Position numbers and translations under genes: made by a program. Of a stretch of 31,190 nucleotides of DNA, positions 16,324 to 25,404 are shown one piece after another. The DNA is taken from positions 1 through 31,190 of the forward strand of contig CAYRVZ010000003.1 of assembly GCA_964427815.1 (NCBI GenBank), given 5' to 3'. The stretch's first letter is position 1. Each line of letters starts with the position of its first letter. This DNA comes from an uncultured Saprospiraceae bacterium (GTDB taxonomy: Bacteria; Bacteroidota; Bacteroidia; Chitinophagales; Saprospiraceae). A model generated the notes under the pieces. The model was given only the letters and a program-made list of their open reading frames with translations. It ran no database searches and had not been told where the DNA came from.

Positions 16324-18939
16324 ATGGCAAAAAATCTGTTAATAGTTGAGTCACCCGCAAAAGCTAAGACAATTGAAAAAATCTTAGGTAAGGATTTTAA
16401 AGTTAAGTCTAGTTTTGGTCATGTGAGGGATCTAGAGAAAGGTAACAAAGCGGTAGATGTAGAGAACAATTATACGCCTAAATACATCGTCTCTCCTGAG
16501 AAACGAAAGGTCGTAAAAGACCTGAAAGATTCTGTCAAGAAAGCGGATGAAGTATGGCTCGCGACGGATGATGACCGCGAAGGAGAAGCTATTTCTTGGC
16601 ATTTGTGCGAAGTGCTGGGACTAGATGAAAAAACAACTAAGCGGATTGTTTTTCGAGAGATTACAAGTAAAGCCATCCAAGCTGCCATCCAAGCACCGGG
16701 TCGATTGGACACAAACCTAGTGAATGCACAGCAAGCTAGAAGGATTTTAGATAGATTAGTTGGGTTTGATTTATCGGGATTACTTTGGCGCAAAGTCAAG
16801 AGTAAATTGTCTGCAGGGCGAGTACAGTCCGTTGCCGTTAAATTATTGGTTGATAAAGAAAGAGACATTCAAGGTTTTTTGCCCGCACCTTATTTTAAGT
16901 TAGAAGCGATTTTTGAAGAGAAAGGACCTAGCGGGAAAGTAGCAGAATTAAAAGCTAAAACCCCTAAAAATTTAGATACAAAAGAAGAGGCACAAGCTTT
17001 TTTGGAATCTTGCAAAGGGGCAACTTATTCGATTGCTGATATTCAGATCAAACCGACTAAACGCAAACCGACAGCCCCTTTTACAACTTCGACCTTACAA
17101 CAGGAGGCCTCAAGAAAACTTGGTTTTGGCGTAAAAAGAACGATGAGTACTGCTCAAAGACTTTATGAAGGTGGTCACATATCCTATATGAGAACGGATT
17201 CTACCTTCTTATCTAATACTGCACTTGCAGGAATTTCAAAAGTGATAGAAACAGACTTCGGAAAAAATTACTTGAATATCAGAACGTTCAAAAGTAAAAA
17301 AGGAGCACAAGAGGCTCACGAAGCGATACGCCCTACCTACCCAGAAAAGCGCGTTACAGGCATGGGTGGAGATGAGGAAAGGCTGTATAGCTTGATATGG
17401 AAAAGGACTATTGCTTCTCAAATGGCAGATGCCATTGTTGAAAAGACGGTAGCAAAAATTGACATCTCAACACGTGAAGGCGCTGATTTAATCGCAGAAG
17501 GTTCTGTGGTAAAGTTTGATGGTTTCTTGAAAGTATATCTCGAATCAACGGATGAGGATAGTAATGAGGATGCTAAGGATATGTTGCCTCCATTGACTGT
17601 CGGACAAAAGTTAAACTTCCGAGAAATGGTGTCTATGGAGCGTTTTACAAGAGCACCCGCTAGATATACGGAGGCGAGTCTGGTCAAAAAACTAGAAGCA
17701 GAAGGAATCGGTCGTCCGTCAACTTATGCGCCGACCATTAGTAAAATAATGGAAGAGAGTAGGGGTTACGTCGTAAAAGAAAGTAGAGAAGGTGTGGAGC
17801 GGTCGTATGTCGTATTAAAATTTGATGGGCAAAAGATTGATGATACGTCACAAACCGAAGTGACAGGTACCACCAAGAATAGATTGTATCCGACAGATTT
17901 GGGTATGGTGGTGAGCGATTTTTTGACACAGCATTTTGATGATATCATGAATTACGGCTTTACAGCCAAAATTGAGAAAAAATTTGATGAAATCAGTGAT
18001 GGACAAATCGTCTGGCACCAGATGATTGATGATTTCTACAAGCCTTTCAAAGCGGTATTGGATGATACTATGGAAAATGCTGAAAGAGCTTCTGGAGAAA
18101 GAATATTAGGTACAGATCCTGTTTCTGGTCGAACGGTTTTAGTTAGAATGACGAGATTTGGAAAGCCAGCCGTACAGATTGGAAAACCAGATGAATTAGA
18201 AGAAGAAGAAAAACCAAAGTATGCAAGTCTAGCACCTGGGCAATCTTTGGAGAGTGTGACTTTTGATGAAGCCATGAAGTTATTCCAATTACCTAGAGAA
18301 GTGGGAGAATACAAAGGGCATCAAGTAGAGGTTCATTCTGGACGTTATGGGCCTTACTTAAAGTATGACGGTAAATTTGTTTCGCTTAAAAGGGGGATAG
18401 ACGATCCTTATACTATTAAAATGGAAAGGGCTACAGAATTGATTCAAGCCAAAGAGAAAGAAGACGAACCCATTGCTTTCTATAAAGAGTTGCCTATCAC
18501 AAAAGGGAAAGGGCGGTTTGGTCCTTTCGTTAAATGGAATGGCTTGTTCGCTAATGTATCCGTCAAAAAATATGACTTTGATAACCTGACGGTTGACGAA
18601 GCATTAGAATTAGTAAAAGCAAAAGAAGAGAAAGAAGCGAACCGGTACATTCACCGTTGGCCAGATGAAAAGGTAGCCGTGGAAAATGGACGCTGGGGAC
18701 CATTCATCCGTTTCAAAAAGAAATCCATCAAGTTGCCAAAGGACAAAGACGGCAAAAGAATGGATCAAGAAACAGCTGCCCTCTTGACTTTGGAAGAAGT
18801 GAAAAAACACATCGAAGCAGAAATTCCCGGCGCTTTCAAAAAGAAGAAGGCAGCCAAGAAAAAAGCTCCTGCCAAGAAAAAGAAGGCAGTCGCTAAAAAG
18901 AAACCTGCTGTCAAAAAGAAGACTACTGTTAAAAAGTAA
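16324..18939 (+). CDS. topA: DNA topoisomerase I with C-terminal repeats and Lys/Ala-rich tail
   Basis: LLIVESPAKAKTI, ATDDDREGEAI, SAGRVQS, AQRLYEGGHISYMRTDS, AQEAHEAIRP; GRYGPY/GRFGPF/GRWGPF C-terminal repeats; KKKAAKKKAPAKKK tail. Confidence 0.98.
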   Translation: MAKNLLIVESPAKAKTIEKILGKDFKVKSSFGHVRDLEKGNKAVDVENNYTPKYIVSPEKRKVVKDLKDSVKKADEVWLATDDDREGEAISWHLCEVLGLDEKTTKRIVFREITSKAIQAAIQAPGRLDTNLVNAQQARRILDRLVGFDLSGLLWRKVKSKLSAGRVQSVAVKLLVDKERDIQGFLPAPYFKLEAIFEEKGPSGKVAELKAKTPKNLDTKEEAQAFLESCKGATYSIADIQIKPTKRKPTAPFTTSTLQQEASRKLGFGVKRTMSTAQRLYEGGHISYMRTDSTFLSNTALAGISKVIETDFGKNYLNIRTFKSKKGAQEAHEAIRPTYPEKRVTGMGGDEERLYSLIWKRTIASQMADAIVEKTVAKIDISTREGADLIAEGSVVKFDGFLKVYLESTDEDSNEDAKDMLPPLTVGQKLNFREMVSMERFTRAPARYTEASLVKKLEAEGIGRPSTYAPTISKIMEESRGYVVKESREGVERSYVVLKFDGQKIDDTSQTEVTGTTKNRLYPTDLGMVVSDFLTQHFDDIMNYGFTAKIEKKFDEISDGQIVWHQMIDDFYKPFKAVLDDTMENAERASGERILGTDPVSGRTVLVRMTRFGKPAVQIGKPDELEEEEKPKYASLAPGQSLESVTFDEAMKLFQLPREVGEYKGHQVEVHSGRYGPYLKYDGKFVSLKRGIDDPYTIKMERATELIQAKEKEDEPIAFYKELPITKGKGRFGPFVKWNGLFANVSVKKYDFDNLTVDEALELVKAKEEKEANRYIHRWPDEKVAVENGRWGPFIRFKKKSIKLPKDKDGKRMDQETAALLTLEEVKKHIEAEIPGAFKKKKAAKKKAPAKKKKAVAKKKPAVKKKTTVKK

Positions 18940-18947
18940 TTATTACA

Positions 18948-18978
18948 AAAAAAGCAAGCCAAAATGGCTTGCTTTTTT
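18948..18978. terminator. Bidirectional intrinsic terminator between topA and iscS
   Basis: AAAAAAGCAAGCC-AAAAT-GGCTTGCTTTTTT, between convergent stops. Confidence 0.9.
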
Positions 18979-19004
18979 CGTAGATGAAATTTCATTCATT
19001 CATA

Positions 19005-20225
19005 TCAATGCGCACTCCATTCAATAGAATCCAAATCCACACCTTCCTTATACATTTCCCAGATGGGGCTAAGGTCTCTCATGTGTTGCGTTCCTCGTTT
19101 TAGTTCAGAGATGACGACATCGATTTCTGCTTCGGTCGTAAAACGACCCAAGCTAAAACGAATAGAAGAATGTGCCAAGTCTGGCCCCAATCCATACGCC
19201 ATCAAAACGTAAGAAGGTTCTAAAGAAGCAGAAGTACAAGCAGAACCAGAACTTACGGATAGTTTCTTATTGAAAGTCATCATCAATCCTTCGCCTTCAA
19301 CATGTTTAAAGCTAATATTCGTTACATGAGGAACTCTATTGGCTTTGTTGCCATTCAAGTAGGTCTCTTCTATTTTTAATAATTCTAATTCGAGTTTATC
19401 ACGCAACTTGGCTAGACGCTTTCCTTCTACTTCCATTTCCGCAAGGGCAATTTCGGCAGCCTTTCCAAAACCAACAACACCAGGTACATTCATCGTACCC
19501 GAACGCATTCCTCTTTCATGTCCGCCACCATGCATTTGGGCAGTAACTTTGACTCGTGGATTTCTTCTGCGTACATACAAGGCACCCACCCCCTTGGGAC
19601 CATACATCTTATGTGCACTAAAAGCCATCAAATGAATATTCATTTTTTGGACATCCACTGGGATTTTGCCGACAGCTTGTGTCGCATCTGAAAAGAATAA
19701 TACGCCCGCTTCTTTACAAATATTTCCGATGGTTTCCATGTCTTGAATGACACCCGTTTCATTATTCGCCCACATGATGGATACCATCACCGTATTAGGC
19801 TTAATAGCAGCCTTTAGTTCTGCTAAATCAAGCATTCCATCTTCTTTTACCTCTAAATAGGTAACTTCACCGCCCTGTTTTTCAATAGCTTTGCAAGTGT
19901 CTAATACCGCTTTGTGTTCTGTATTCGTGGTGATGATGTGGTTACCTTTTCTAGCATACATTTCAAATACACCTTTTAGCGCAAGGTTATCAGATTCTGT
20001 AGCACCCGAAGTAAAGATTATTTCTTTTGGATTGGCTCCGATGAGTGCGGCCACTTGCTCTCGACCCGTATCAACACCTTCTTCTGCTGCCCATCCAAAC
20101 GCATGATTTCGACTTGCAGAATTACCAAAATGTTCTGTAAAATACGGAATCATTGCCTCTAAAACCCTTGGGTCTAATGGAGTAGTGGCATTGTTGTCTA
20201 GGTAAATCATTTTTTGCTTGCTCAT
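19005..20225 (-). CDS. iscS: Cysteine desulfurase (IscS subfamily)
   Basis: [36 protein letters not shown] (PLP lysine), SSGSACTS (catalytic Cys), [11 protein letters not shown]. Confidence 0.97.
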   Translation of the reverse strand: MSKQKMIYLDNNATTPLDPRVLEAMIPYFTEHFGNSASRNHAFGWAAEEGVDTGREQVAALIGANPKEIIFTSGATESDNLALKGVFEMYARKGNHIITTNTEHKAVLDTCKAIEKQGGEVTYLEVKEDGMLDLAELKAAIKPNTVMVSIMWANNETGVIQDMETIGNICKEAGVLFFSDATQAVGKIPVDVQKMNIHLMAFSAHKMYGPKGVGALYVRRRNPRVKVTAQMHGGGHERGMRSGTMNVPGVVGFGKAAEIALAEMEVEGKRLAKLRDKLELELLKIEETYLNGNKANRVPHVTNISFKHVEGEGLMMTFNKKLSVSSGSACTSASLEPSYVLMAYGLGPDLAHSSIRFSLGRFTTEAEIDVVISELKRGTQHMRDLSPIWEMYKEGVDLDSIEWSAH

Positions 20226-20311
20226 GTCTTTTTTGTTTCAACTATCGAATACTACAAAAACCAATAGACTTAAAAATAGTTTAGAGTAGGTCTAAATAGT
20301 TATACTTTGTG

Positions 20312-20319
20312 TACATTTG
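20312..20319 (+). promoter_or_regulatory. -7 element (TACATTTG) for the DUF1800 gene
   Basis: Exact TAnnTTTG match about 40 nt upstream of the start. Confidence 0.55.
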
Positions 20320-20361
20320 GTTAAACTTTGATACCTTTAAGAGGTCTTAATAAAAACCAGC

Positions 20362-22029
20362 ATGATGAATAGACGTGACTTTATAAATGTATTGTCCCCA
20401 AATATTGCAAAAAAGTACTCTTTCCCTGAAAACCCTCCAAGCAATAAAGGGTTAAGTCCATACAGTGGTGAGTGGAATTTTGCGCAAGCAGCCCATCTGC
20501 TTCGTAGAACAACCTTTGGACCAAACCTGAGCCAGATTCATCAAGTTCAACAACAAGGTTTAGAAGCGACAATCGCCCAGTTGATGGCAGATGTTCCATT
20601 GCCAGAACAACCATTGAATGCGGATTATCCAGCAGATGTGAGTACAAGTATCGGCGAATCATGGGTTGGAAAGCCTTTAAATAGCGTCAACAAACAAGCG
20701 CATATAGGTAATAGAAAACGTTCGCTCAGGTCATGGACCAGAAGGGTGATTGCAACAGAGGGGATTCACTTGCGTGAAAAAATGACCTTGTTTTGGCACA
20801 ACCATTTTCCTACTCGTGAGATTACCTTTCCCGAATTAGCCTACCGGTATGTTACGCTTCTTCGACAGCATGCACTTGGAAATGTGATTGACCTAACGAA
20901 GGAGGTAACAGTGGATGGACAGATGCTAGTCTATCTGAATGGCAACAAAAACGTTAAAGAATCACCGAATGAAAATTACGCAAGAGAGTTGCTAGAATTA
21001 TTCACGGTGGGCAAGGGGCCATTAATTGCCTCTGGAGATTACACCAATTACACTGAAACAGATGTAGTAGAAGGGGCTAAAATACTATCGGGTTGGTATG
21101 TGAAAAATCGATATACAACAGATGAAAGCAAACCCACTGAAGTTTTATTTAGATCAAATAAGCATACACTAGGAAGCAAAACGCTTTCGGCTCATTTCAG
21201 TAATACAGTCATTGCGGAGAACGGCGCAGAGGAATACAAGGATTTCATTGATGTTATTTTTACGAAATCGACGGTTGCCCAATTGATTGTTTCCAAGATT
21301 TATAGATTTTTTGTTTATTATGATATTACGGATATAGTACAACAAAATGTGATAGATCCGCTTGCGCAAATATTAGTAACCAATAATTATAATGTCAAAC
21401 CTGTCCTAGAGACATTATTCAAAAGTGAGCATTTTTATGATAACTTATCAATGGGATGTATGACTAAATCGCCTATTGATTTTATAGAGACCGCTTTGAA
21501 ACAATTTAATTGGCCCATGCCGAGTGACCTTGCGGACAAATATAAACTCGACTTAAAACTGTTCAATTTACAATATAAAACCGGAATGGTGTATTACGAT
21601 CCGCCCTCTGTTGCTGGTTGGAAGGCGTATTACCAAAAACCTAGTTTTCATAGGAATTGGATCAATTCCGCAACGATGCAAAGAAGATATTTTATTGGTC
21701 AAGTGATGTCTGGGAATGGACAAAATGTAAACGGAACAGAATATAAAATGGACTTTATTGGCCTAGTCCAGACCACTTCTCAACCTAGTATGCCGGACAT
21801 TGTCGTAAGTGAAATAGCCAGTATGATGCTTCCATTGATTCCAACAGATGACTTAGTATTGTATTTAAAAAATATTTTGCTCCAGAACTTACCCGATTTT
21901 GAATGGACGGACGAATACAATAATTATTTAGCAAACCCCTCTGATGAGGTTGTCATAATAAGTCTTGAAAATAAGATCAGAAAATTTCTTCGTGCCATTA
22001 TGGCCCTACCCGAATACCACCTTTCTTAA
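20362..22029 (+). CDS. DUF1800 family protein
   Basis: AAHLLRRTTFG, LREKMTLFWHNHF, MLVYLNG, PNENYARELLELFTVG, PPSVAGW motifs. Confidence 0.92.
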   Translation: MMNRRDFINVLSPNIAKKYSFPENPPSNKGLSPYSGEWNFAQAAHLLRRTTFGPNLSQIHQVQQQGLEATIAQLMADVPLPEQPLNADYPADVSTSIGESWVGKPLNSVNKQAHIGNRKRSLRSWTRRVIATEGIHLREKMTLFWHNHFPTREITFPELAYRYVTLLRQHALGNVIDLTKEVTVDGQMLVYLNGNKNVKESPNENYARELLELFTVGKGPLIASGDYTNYTETDVVEGAKILSGWYVKNRYTTDESKPTEVLFRSNKHTLGSKTLSAHFSNTVIAENGAEEYKDFIDVIFTKSTVAQLIVSKIYRFFVYYDITDIVQQNVIDPLAQILVTNNYNVKPVLETLFKSEHFYDNLSMGCMTKSPIDFIETALKQFNWPMPSDLADKYKLDLKLFNLQYKTGMVYYDPPSVAGWKAYYQKPSFHRNWINSATMQRRYFIGQVMSGNGQNVNGTEYKMDFIGLVQTTSQPSMPDIVVSEIASMMLPLIPTDDLVLYLKNILLQNLPDFEWTDEYNNYLANPSDEVVIISLENKIRKFLRAIMALPEYHLS

Positions 22030-23306
22030 CTGGATTCTACATTGTCAGAAAAAACATCTGCAACTAATACCGCTCCTAATACCATCGGAACGAGCAGGTA
22101 ATACAAGTAGGTTAGAGGGCTGAAAATAAAAAATATCATAATAAAAACATACAGCATCCCCAAGCTGAAGTCAAACATATTGAGCCGTTTTAGCTTGGTG
22201 TGATAGGCCAGAAGCCCTATAAACATAGTGAGTAGTAACATGCCTGCTTGTATCTTTCTATTGAATTGTGCTCGTTCTTCCATCGGCCCACTTAATGTTC
22301 TTTTTAAATTTCCAGCAAAATTTAACCCATTCTCCATAGTATAGGAGATAGAAGGATTTCCATATCCACGCCATTCATCAAAAACAGCTTTTTGGTGGTA
22401 GGCTATTCCTTTCGGAAAAATCGAAGGATCTTTTGCAATAAAAGGAATGATGTAAATAAAAACAATACTTAATACTACAGCGCCTAACATTACCATGTTT
22501 TTTCCGAAAGGGAGCTTACGTAAAAACAGATAACCTAAGGTCGGTAGCCAAAATATGAAAGTGTATCTGGATAAGATAATTAAAATAATACCTAGTGTAA
22601 TAAGGGTTAAATTTCGTTCGATTAATCCCGCAACCAAAATTAAATAGTACGCAGCTATTACCGTTTCTAAACTCAGGGAGATGTCTTTTGCTGCAAAAAT
22701 AAAAAAGGCCAAAATGGGTAGCACGACAATGGCAATTGCCATCACTTGATTGGGTAGATTGTCAGTGCTTTTGATTAAACTACGGCCCAAAAATAACATC
22801 GAAAATAATAAGAATATATACCCAACCCAGCGAGCATCTATGCCCATCCAATCTGTAATCCCTATGGGTAACCAATGCAACGGCATATAGACAGGATATG
22901 CACTATAGAATTTAAAAGGTACATCTTGGTAAGGTTGTTCTCCGTTGACAAAACGGTGATAAAGTGTTTCTATCTGTGGCATTACATCGGAGTATTGACC
23001 AGAATCAGGATAGGCGGCTAAGATGCCATAAAAAACGAAAAACAGCAGACCAATACCAAGAACCCCTACAAAACTACCAAATAATTTCTCACCTTTTAAG
23101 GTGGATGATTTAAGAATGTTTGTATCGGTTTTGAGTTTGACTCGGAAATATAAAACCGTTAGTAAGATAGTGGAAAAAAGTAACAGGTAGGGGAGGGTAA
23201 ATGGGCTAAAATAGCGACCCACTTTCAGCTCCATCATTTCGGTCGAATGCAAGGTCAAAAATAGTTGAAAAATAAAGACCAGAAATAAAGGGATGACTCG
23301 TTTCAT
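22026..23306 (-). CDS. Polytopic membrane protein, probable GT-C fold glycosyltransferase (family 87-like)
   Basis: Many TM segments; SDV motif in the first loop followed by GEQPY and YPVYMPL. Likely start is MKRVIPLF at 23306; the 52-codon upstream extension is low-complexity. Confidence 0.7.
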   Translation of the reverse strand: MKRVIPLFLVFIFQLFLTLHSTEMMELKVGRYFSPFTLPYLLLFSTILLTVLYFRVKLKTDTNILKSSTLKGEKLFGSFVGVLGIGLLFFVFYGILAAYPDSGQYSDVMPQIETLYHRFVNGEQPYQDVPFKFYSAYPVYMPLHWLPIGITDWMGIDARWVGYIFLLFSMLFLGRSLIKSTDNLPNQVMAIAIVVLPILAFFIFAAKDISLSLETVIAAYYLILVAGLIERNLTLITLGIILIILSRYTFIFWLPTLGYLFLRKLPFGKNMVMLGAVVLSIVFIYIIPFIAKDPSIFPKGIAYHQKAVFDEWRGYGNPSISYTMENGLNFAGNLKRTLSGPMEERAQFNRKIQAGMLLLTMFIGLLAYHTKLKRLNMFDFSLGMLYVFIMIFFIFSPLTYLYYLLVPMVLGAVLVADVFSDNVESS

Positions 23307-23561
23307 ATAGGATGTTTCTGGTTGTAAAGGTACAAAAAAATAGTATGATGCTATACCTTTTTTTACTTGTGTAACTTCTGGCATTGAATGAAGGCTTGAA
23401 GCTGTATCTGGGCTGCTAGCCGACTGGCGTAGAAGACTAAACGCTTCTAGTAAACGAGGCAATTGTTTTTATCCTTTATATTTCATTCTCCATGTTACTA
23501 TATATTAAAAAAAATACATATCTTTACAATTGATTTACTTTCGCAAAATAAATACAAAAAC

Positions 23562-24335
23562 ATGAGCATCTTACCTAAATTAAAAAGCCTTGACAAAATG
23601 GTCACCAAAGGCAAAATTGTCGAAGCATTTGATATGTACTTTGATGAGGAGGTGGTGACACATAGCGAAACGGGCGATCGCTCCAAGAACAAAGCCCAAA
23701 AAAGAAAGTGGTTAAAGGATTTTTTCAAAGAAGTTCAAAAAGTTGAAAAAATCAAGCTCCACGGACACGTAGCTGATGGTAACATTACCCATTCGCAATT
23801 TTCATTTCATTTTAAGACGACTTGGGATAAAAAATTAGTCTGGAATGAGATTATCCGTAGAACTTGGAAAAATGGCTTAGTGATAGATGAGTATTATTAC
23901 GAAGGCGAATTGCCAAAAGAAAAGAAAACTAAGAAAGCGGCACCAAAGAAACCTGCTGTAAAAAAAGCTACGCCGAAAAAAGCAATCAAGAAAGCAACGA
24001 CTAAGAAAATTACCAAAAAATCAACTCCAAAAAAGACTGTCACAAAAGCTCCCGTAAGGAGAGTGGTCACTCGTCGTGTGGTCAAAACAGATGATTTGAA
24101 AAAAATAGAGGGCATTGGCCCAAAGATTGCTGAAATTTTGAACGAAGCGGGTATTTCCACTTTCGCAAAATTAGCTACTACCACACCTACAAAAATCAAA
24201 ACCATTCTCGCTGCCGCAGGAAATCGCTATAAAATGCATGATCCTCGGACTTGGCCCAAACAGTCCAAACTAGCCAAAGAAGGCAAATGGGACTCATTGA
24301 AAAAACTCCAAGATAAGTTGAAAGGAGGTAAATAA
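23562..24335 (+). CDS. SnoaL/NTF2-like domain + Lys-rich linker + DUF4332-like helix-hairpin-helix protein
   Basis: N-terminal NTF2-like region (ends EIIRRTWKNGLVIDEYYY), KKAAPKKPAVKK linker, C-terminal DDLKKIEGIGPKIAEIL...WPKQSKLAKEGKW. Start is ATG 23562. Confidence 0.8.
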   Translation: MSILPKLKSLDKMVTKGKIVEAFDMYFDEEVVTHSETGDRSKNKAQKRKWLKDFFKEVQKVEKIKLHGHVADGNITHSQFSFHFKTTWDKKLVWNEIIRRTWKNGLVIDEYYYEGELPKEKKTKKAAPKKPAVKKATPKKAIKKATTKKITKKSTPKKTVTKAPVRRVVTRRVVKTDDLKKIEGIGPKIAEILNEAGISTFAKLATTTPTKIKTILAAAGNRYKMHDPRTWPKQSKLAKEGKWDSLKKLQDKLKGGK

Positions 24336-24380
24336 GTCTTGAACGGGCATGTTGAAAACAAAGAATTTTTGATTGTATGT

Positions 24381-24418
24381 AAAAAGTGGCTGTGCTAATC
24401 GCGCAGCCACTTTTTTTT
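24381..24418. terminator. Intrinsic terminator (probably bidirectional)
   Basis: AAAAAGTGGCTGTGC-TAATC-GCGCAGCCAC-TTTTTTTT, between convergent genes. Confidence 0.88.
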
Positions 24419-24482
24419 GCAGCTCAATGCAGAAAATTTAAACCTAAAATCTTTGTGGATTTATAGAAACGTTCTATTGTCT

Positions 24483-24998
24483 TTAGCGTACTGCAAACTT
24501 CAGAATTAGCCTTGACTCTACGGTCTTAGGTGCAGGCTCAAACAATTGTAATTTAATGCGAATATTTACCTTGTCCTTTAATAGGAACTCTTTCAAATCC
24601 AATTCTTCGGCTACCAAATCTACAATCTCGCCCGTATTTTCAGGAACGGGGTCTCTATAAAATGCTGGAATACTCTTGACTGTACCACTGACTTCATCAT
24701 AGAGTTGGATATCAATGCTCCTGATAAAGGCATAATCAATATTTGTAAAAATGGGAATCATTTGCCCGTTACGAGGCAGTATGTCTGTAACGACCGATTG
24801 TTGAACATTATGAAAGGCAAACAAAGAATCCGCAAAGGTTGGAATGCCTTGCACCTCAAAATAATGTGTAACAAATGGCCCAATACCCGCATTAATAGTG
24901 AAATCTACAGGATATTCCATTTCAAATAGAAATCCTTTCTCCTCCTTTCGGCAACCTTGTAAACTCAGTGCAAAGACAATTATAATCATCCATCTCAT
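24483..24998 (-). CDS. Hypothetical lipoprotein
   Basis: MRWMIIIVFALSLQGC lipobox; beta-rich mature domain; no family recognised. Confidence 0.75.
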   Translation of the reverse strand: MRWMIIIVFALSLQGCRKEEKGFLFEMEYPVDFTINAGIGPFVTHYFEVQGIPTFADSLFAFHNVQQSVVTDILPRNGQMIPIFTNIDYAFIRSIDIQLYDEVSGTVKSIPAFYRDPVPENTGEIVDLVAEELDLKEFLLKDKVNIRIKLQLFEPAPKTVESRLILKFAVR

Positions 24999-25080
24999 TG
25001 CACTAAAACGAGTCTTTTTTTCCTTTATTTTATATCTTAGGTACTTCCAGCTTTAGTTGGTAGAATGACACGATGGCATT

Positions 25081-25112
25081 AAAAAACAGGACTTGCAATA
25101 AAGCAAGCCCTG
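25081..25112 (-). terminator. Strong intrinsic terminator upstream of the lipoprotein gene
   Basis: Minus strand CAGGGCUUGC-UUUAUU-GCAAGUCCUG-UUUUUU: 10-bp stem with one GU pair. Confidence 0.85.
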
Positions 25113-25144
25113 CGTAATTTGAATTGGGGGAAATTAGGGGGTAA

Positions 25145-25210
25145 TTATCCAACCCAAATAAAACCGGTGTCGTTCTCATTGCCGCCACCTTTTCTTACTA
25201 GTTTTTTCAT
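25145..25210 (-). CDS. 21-aa small ORF / putative leader peptide (MKKLVRKGGGNENDTGFIWVG), not in ORF track
   Basis: ATG at 25210 with A at -3 and A-rich upstream; TAA at 25147-25145; followed after 32 nt by a strong terminator. Confidence 0.6.
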   Translation of the reverse strand: MKKLVRKGGGNENDTGFIWVG

Positions 25211-25404
25211 TGTTAGGTTTTCTAAAGTCAATTATTGATTGTGATATATTAAAAGCAATTATGATGCCAAAAGATAAGCTACCCCCTCAATTACTCAGAA
25301 ATAATTTTTGCTTGACCAATAGGATAGACTGTCTAGATAAAACGCCTAAATCCAATTATTTTCGCATCTTTGGGCTTCAATTGACACCTATTAATTAGTT
25401 AAGA

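Noticed and set aside
16470-18995. Antisense ORFs within topA (and similar shadows within rng, murQ, the MFS gene, tonB and the last CDS)
   Set aside because: Shadow frames of well-supported genes; their Phe/Leu-rich composition mirrors Lys/Glu codons on the coding strand.
23307-23561. N-terminal extensions of the ORFs at 22026..23462 and 23463..24335
   Set aside because: Low-complexity extensions from alternative start codons; the internal ATGs at 23306 and 23562 have better context and give sensible N-termini.
25145-25210. Reading the 21-aa peptide specifically as a lasso-peptide or radical-SAM precursor
   Set aside because: No Thr at -2 of a plausible core, almost no leader, and no maturation enzymes in the window. 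It is kept only as a uORF or small peptide.
25210-25398. 62-aa plus-strand ORF upstream of murQ
   Set aside because: TTG start, no motifs, and it spans the divergent promoter region.
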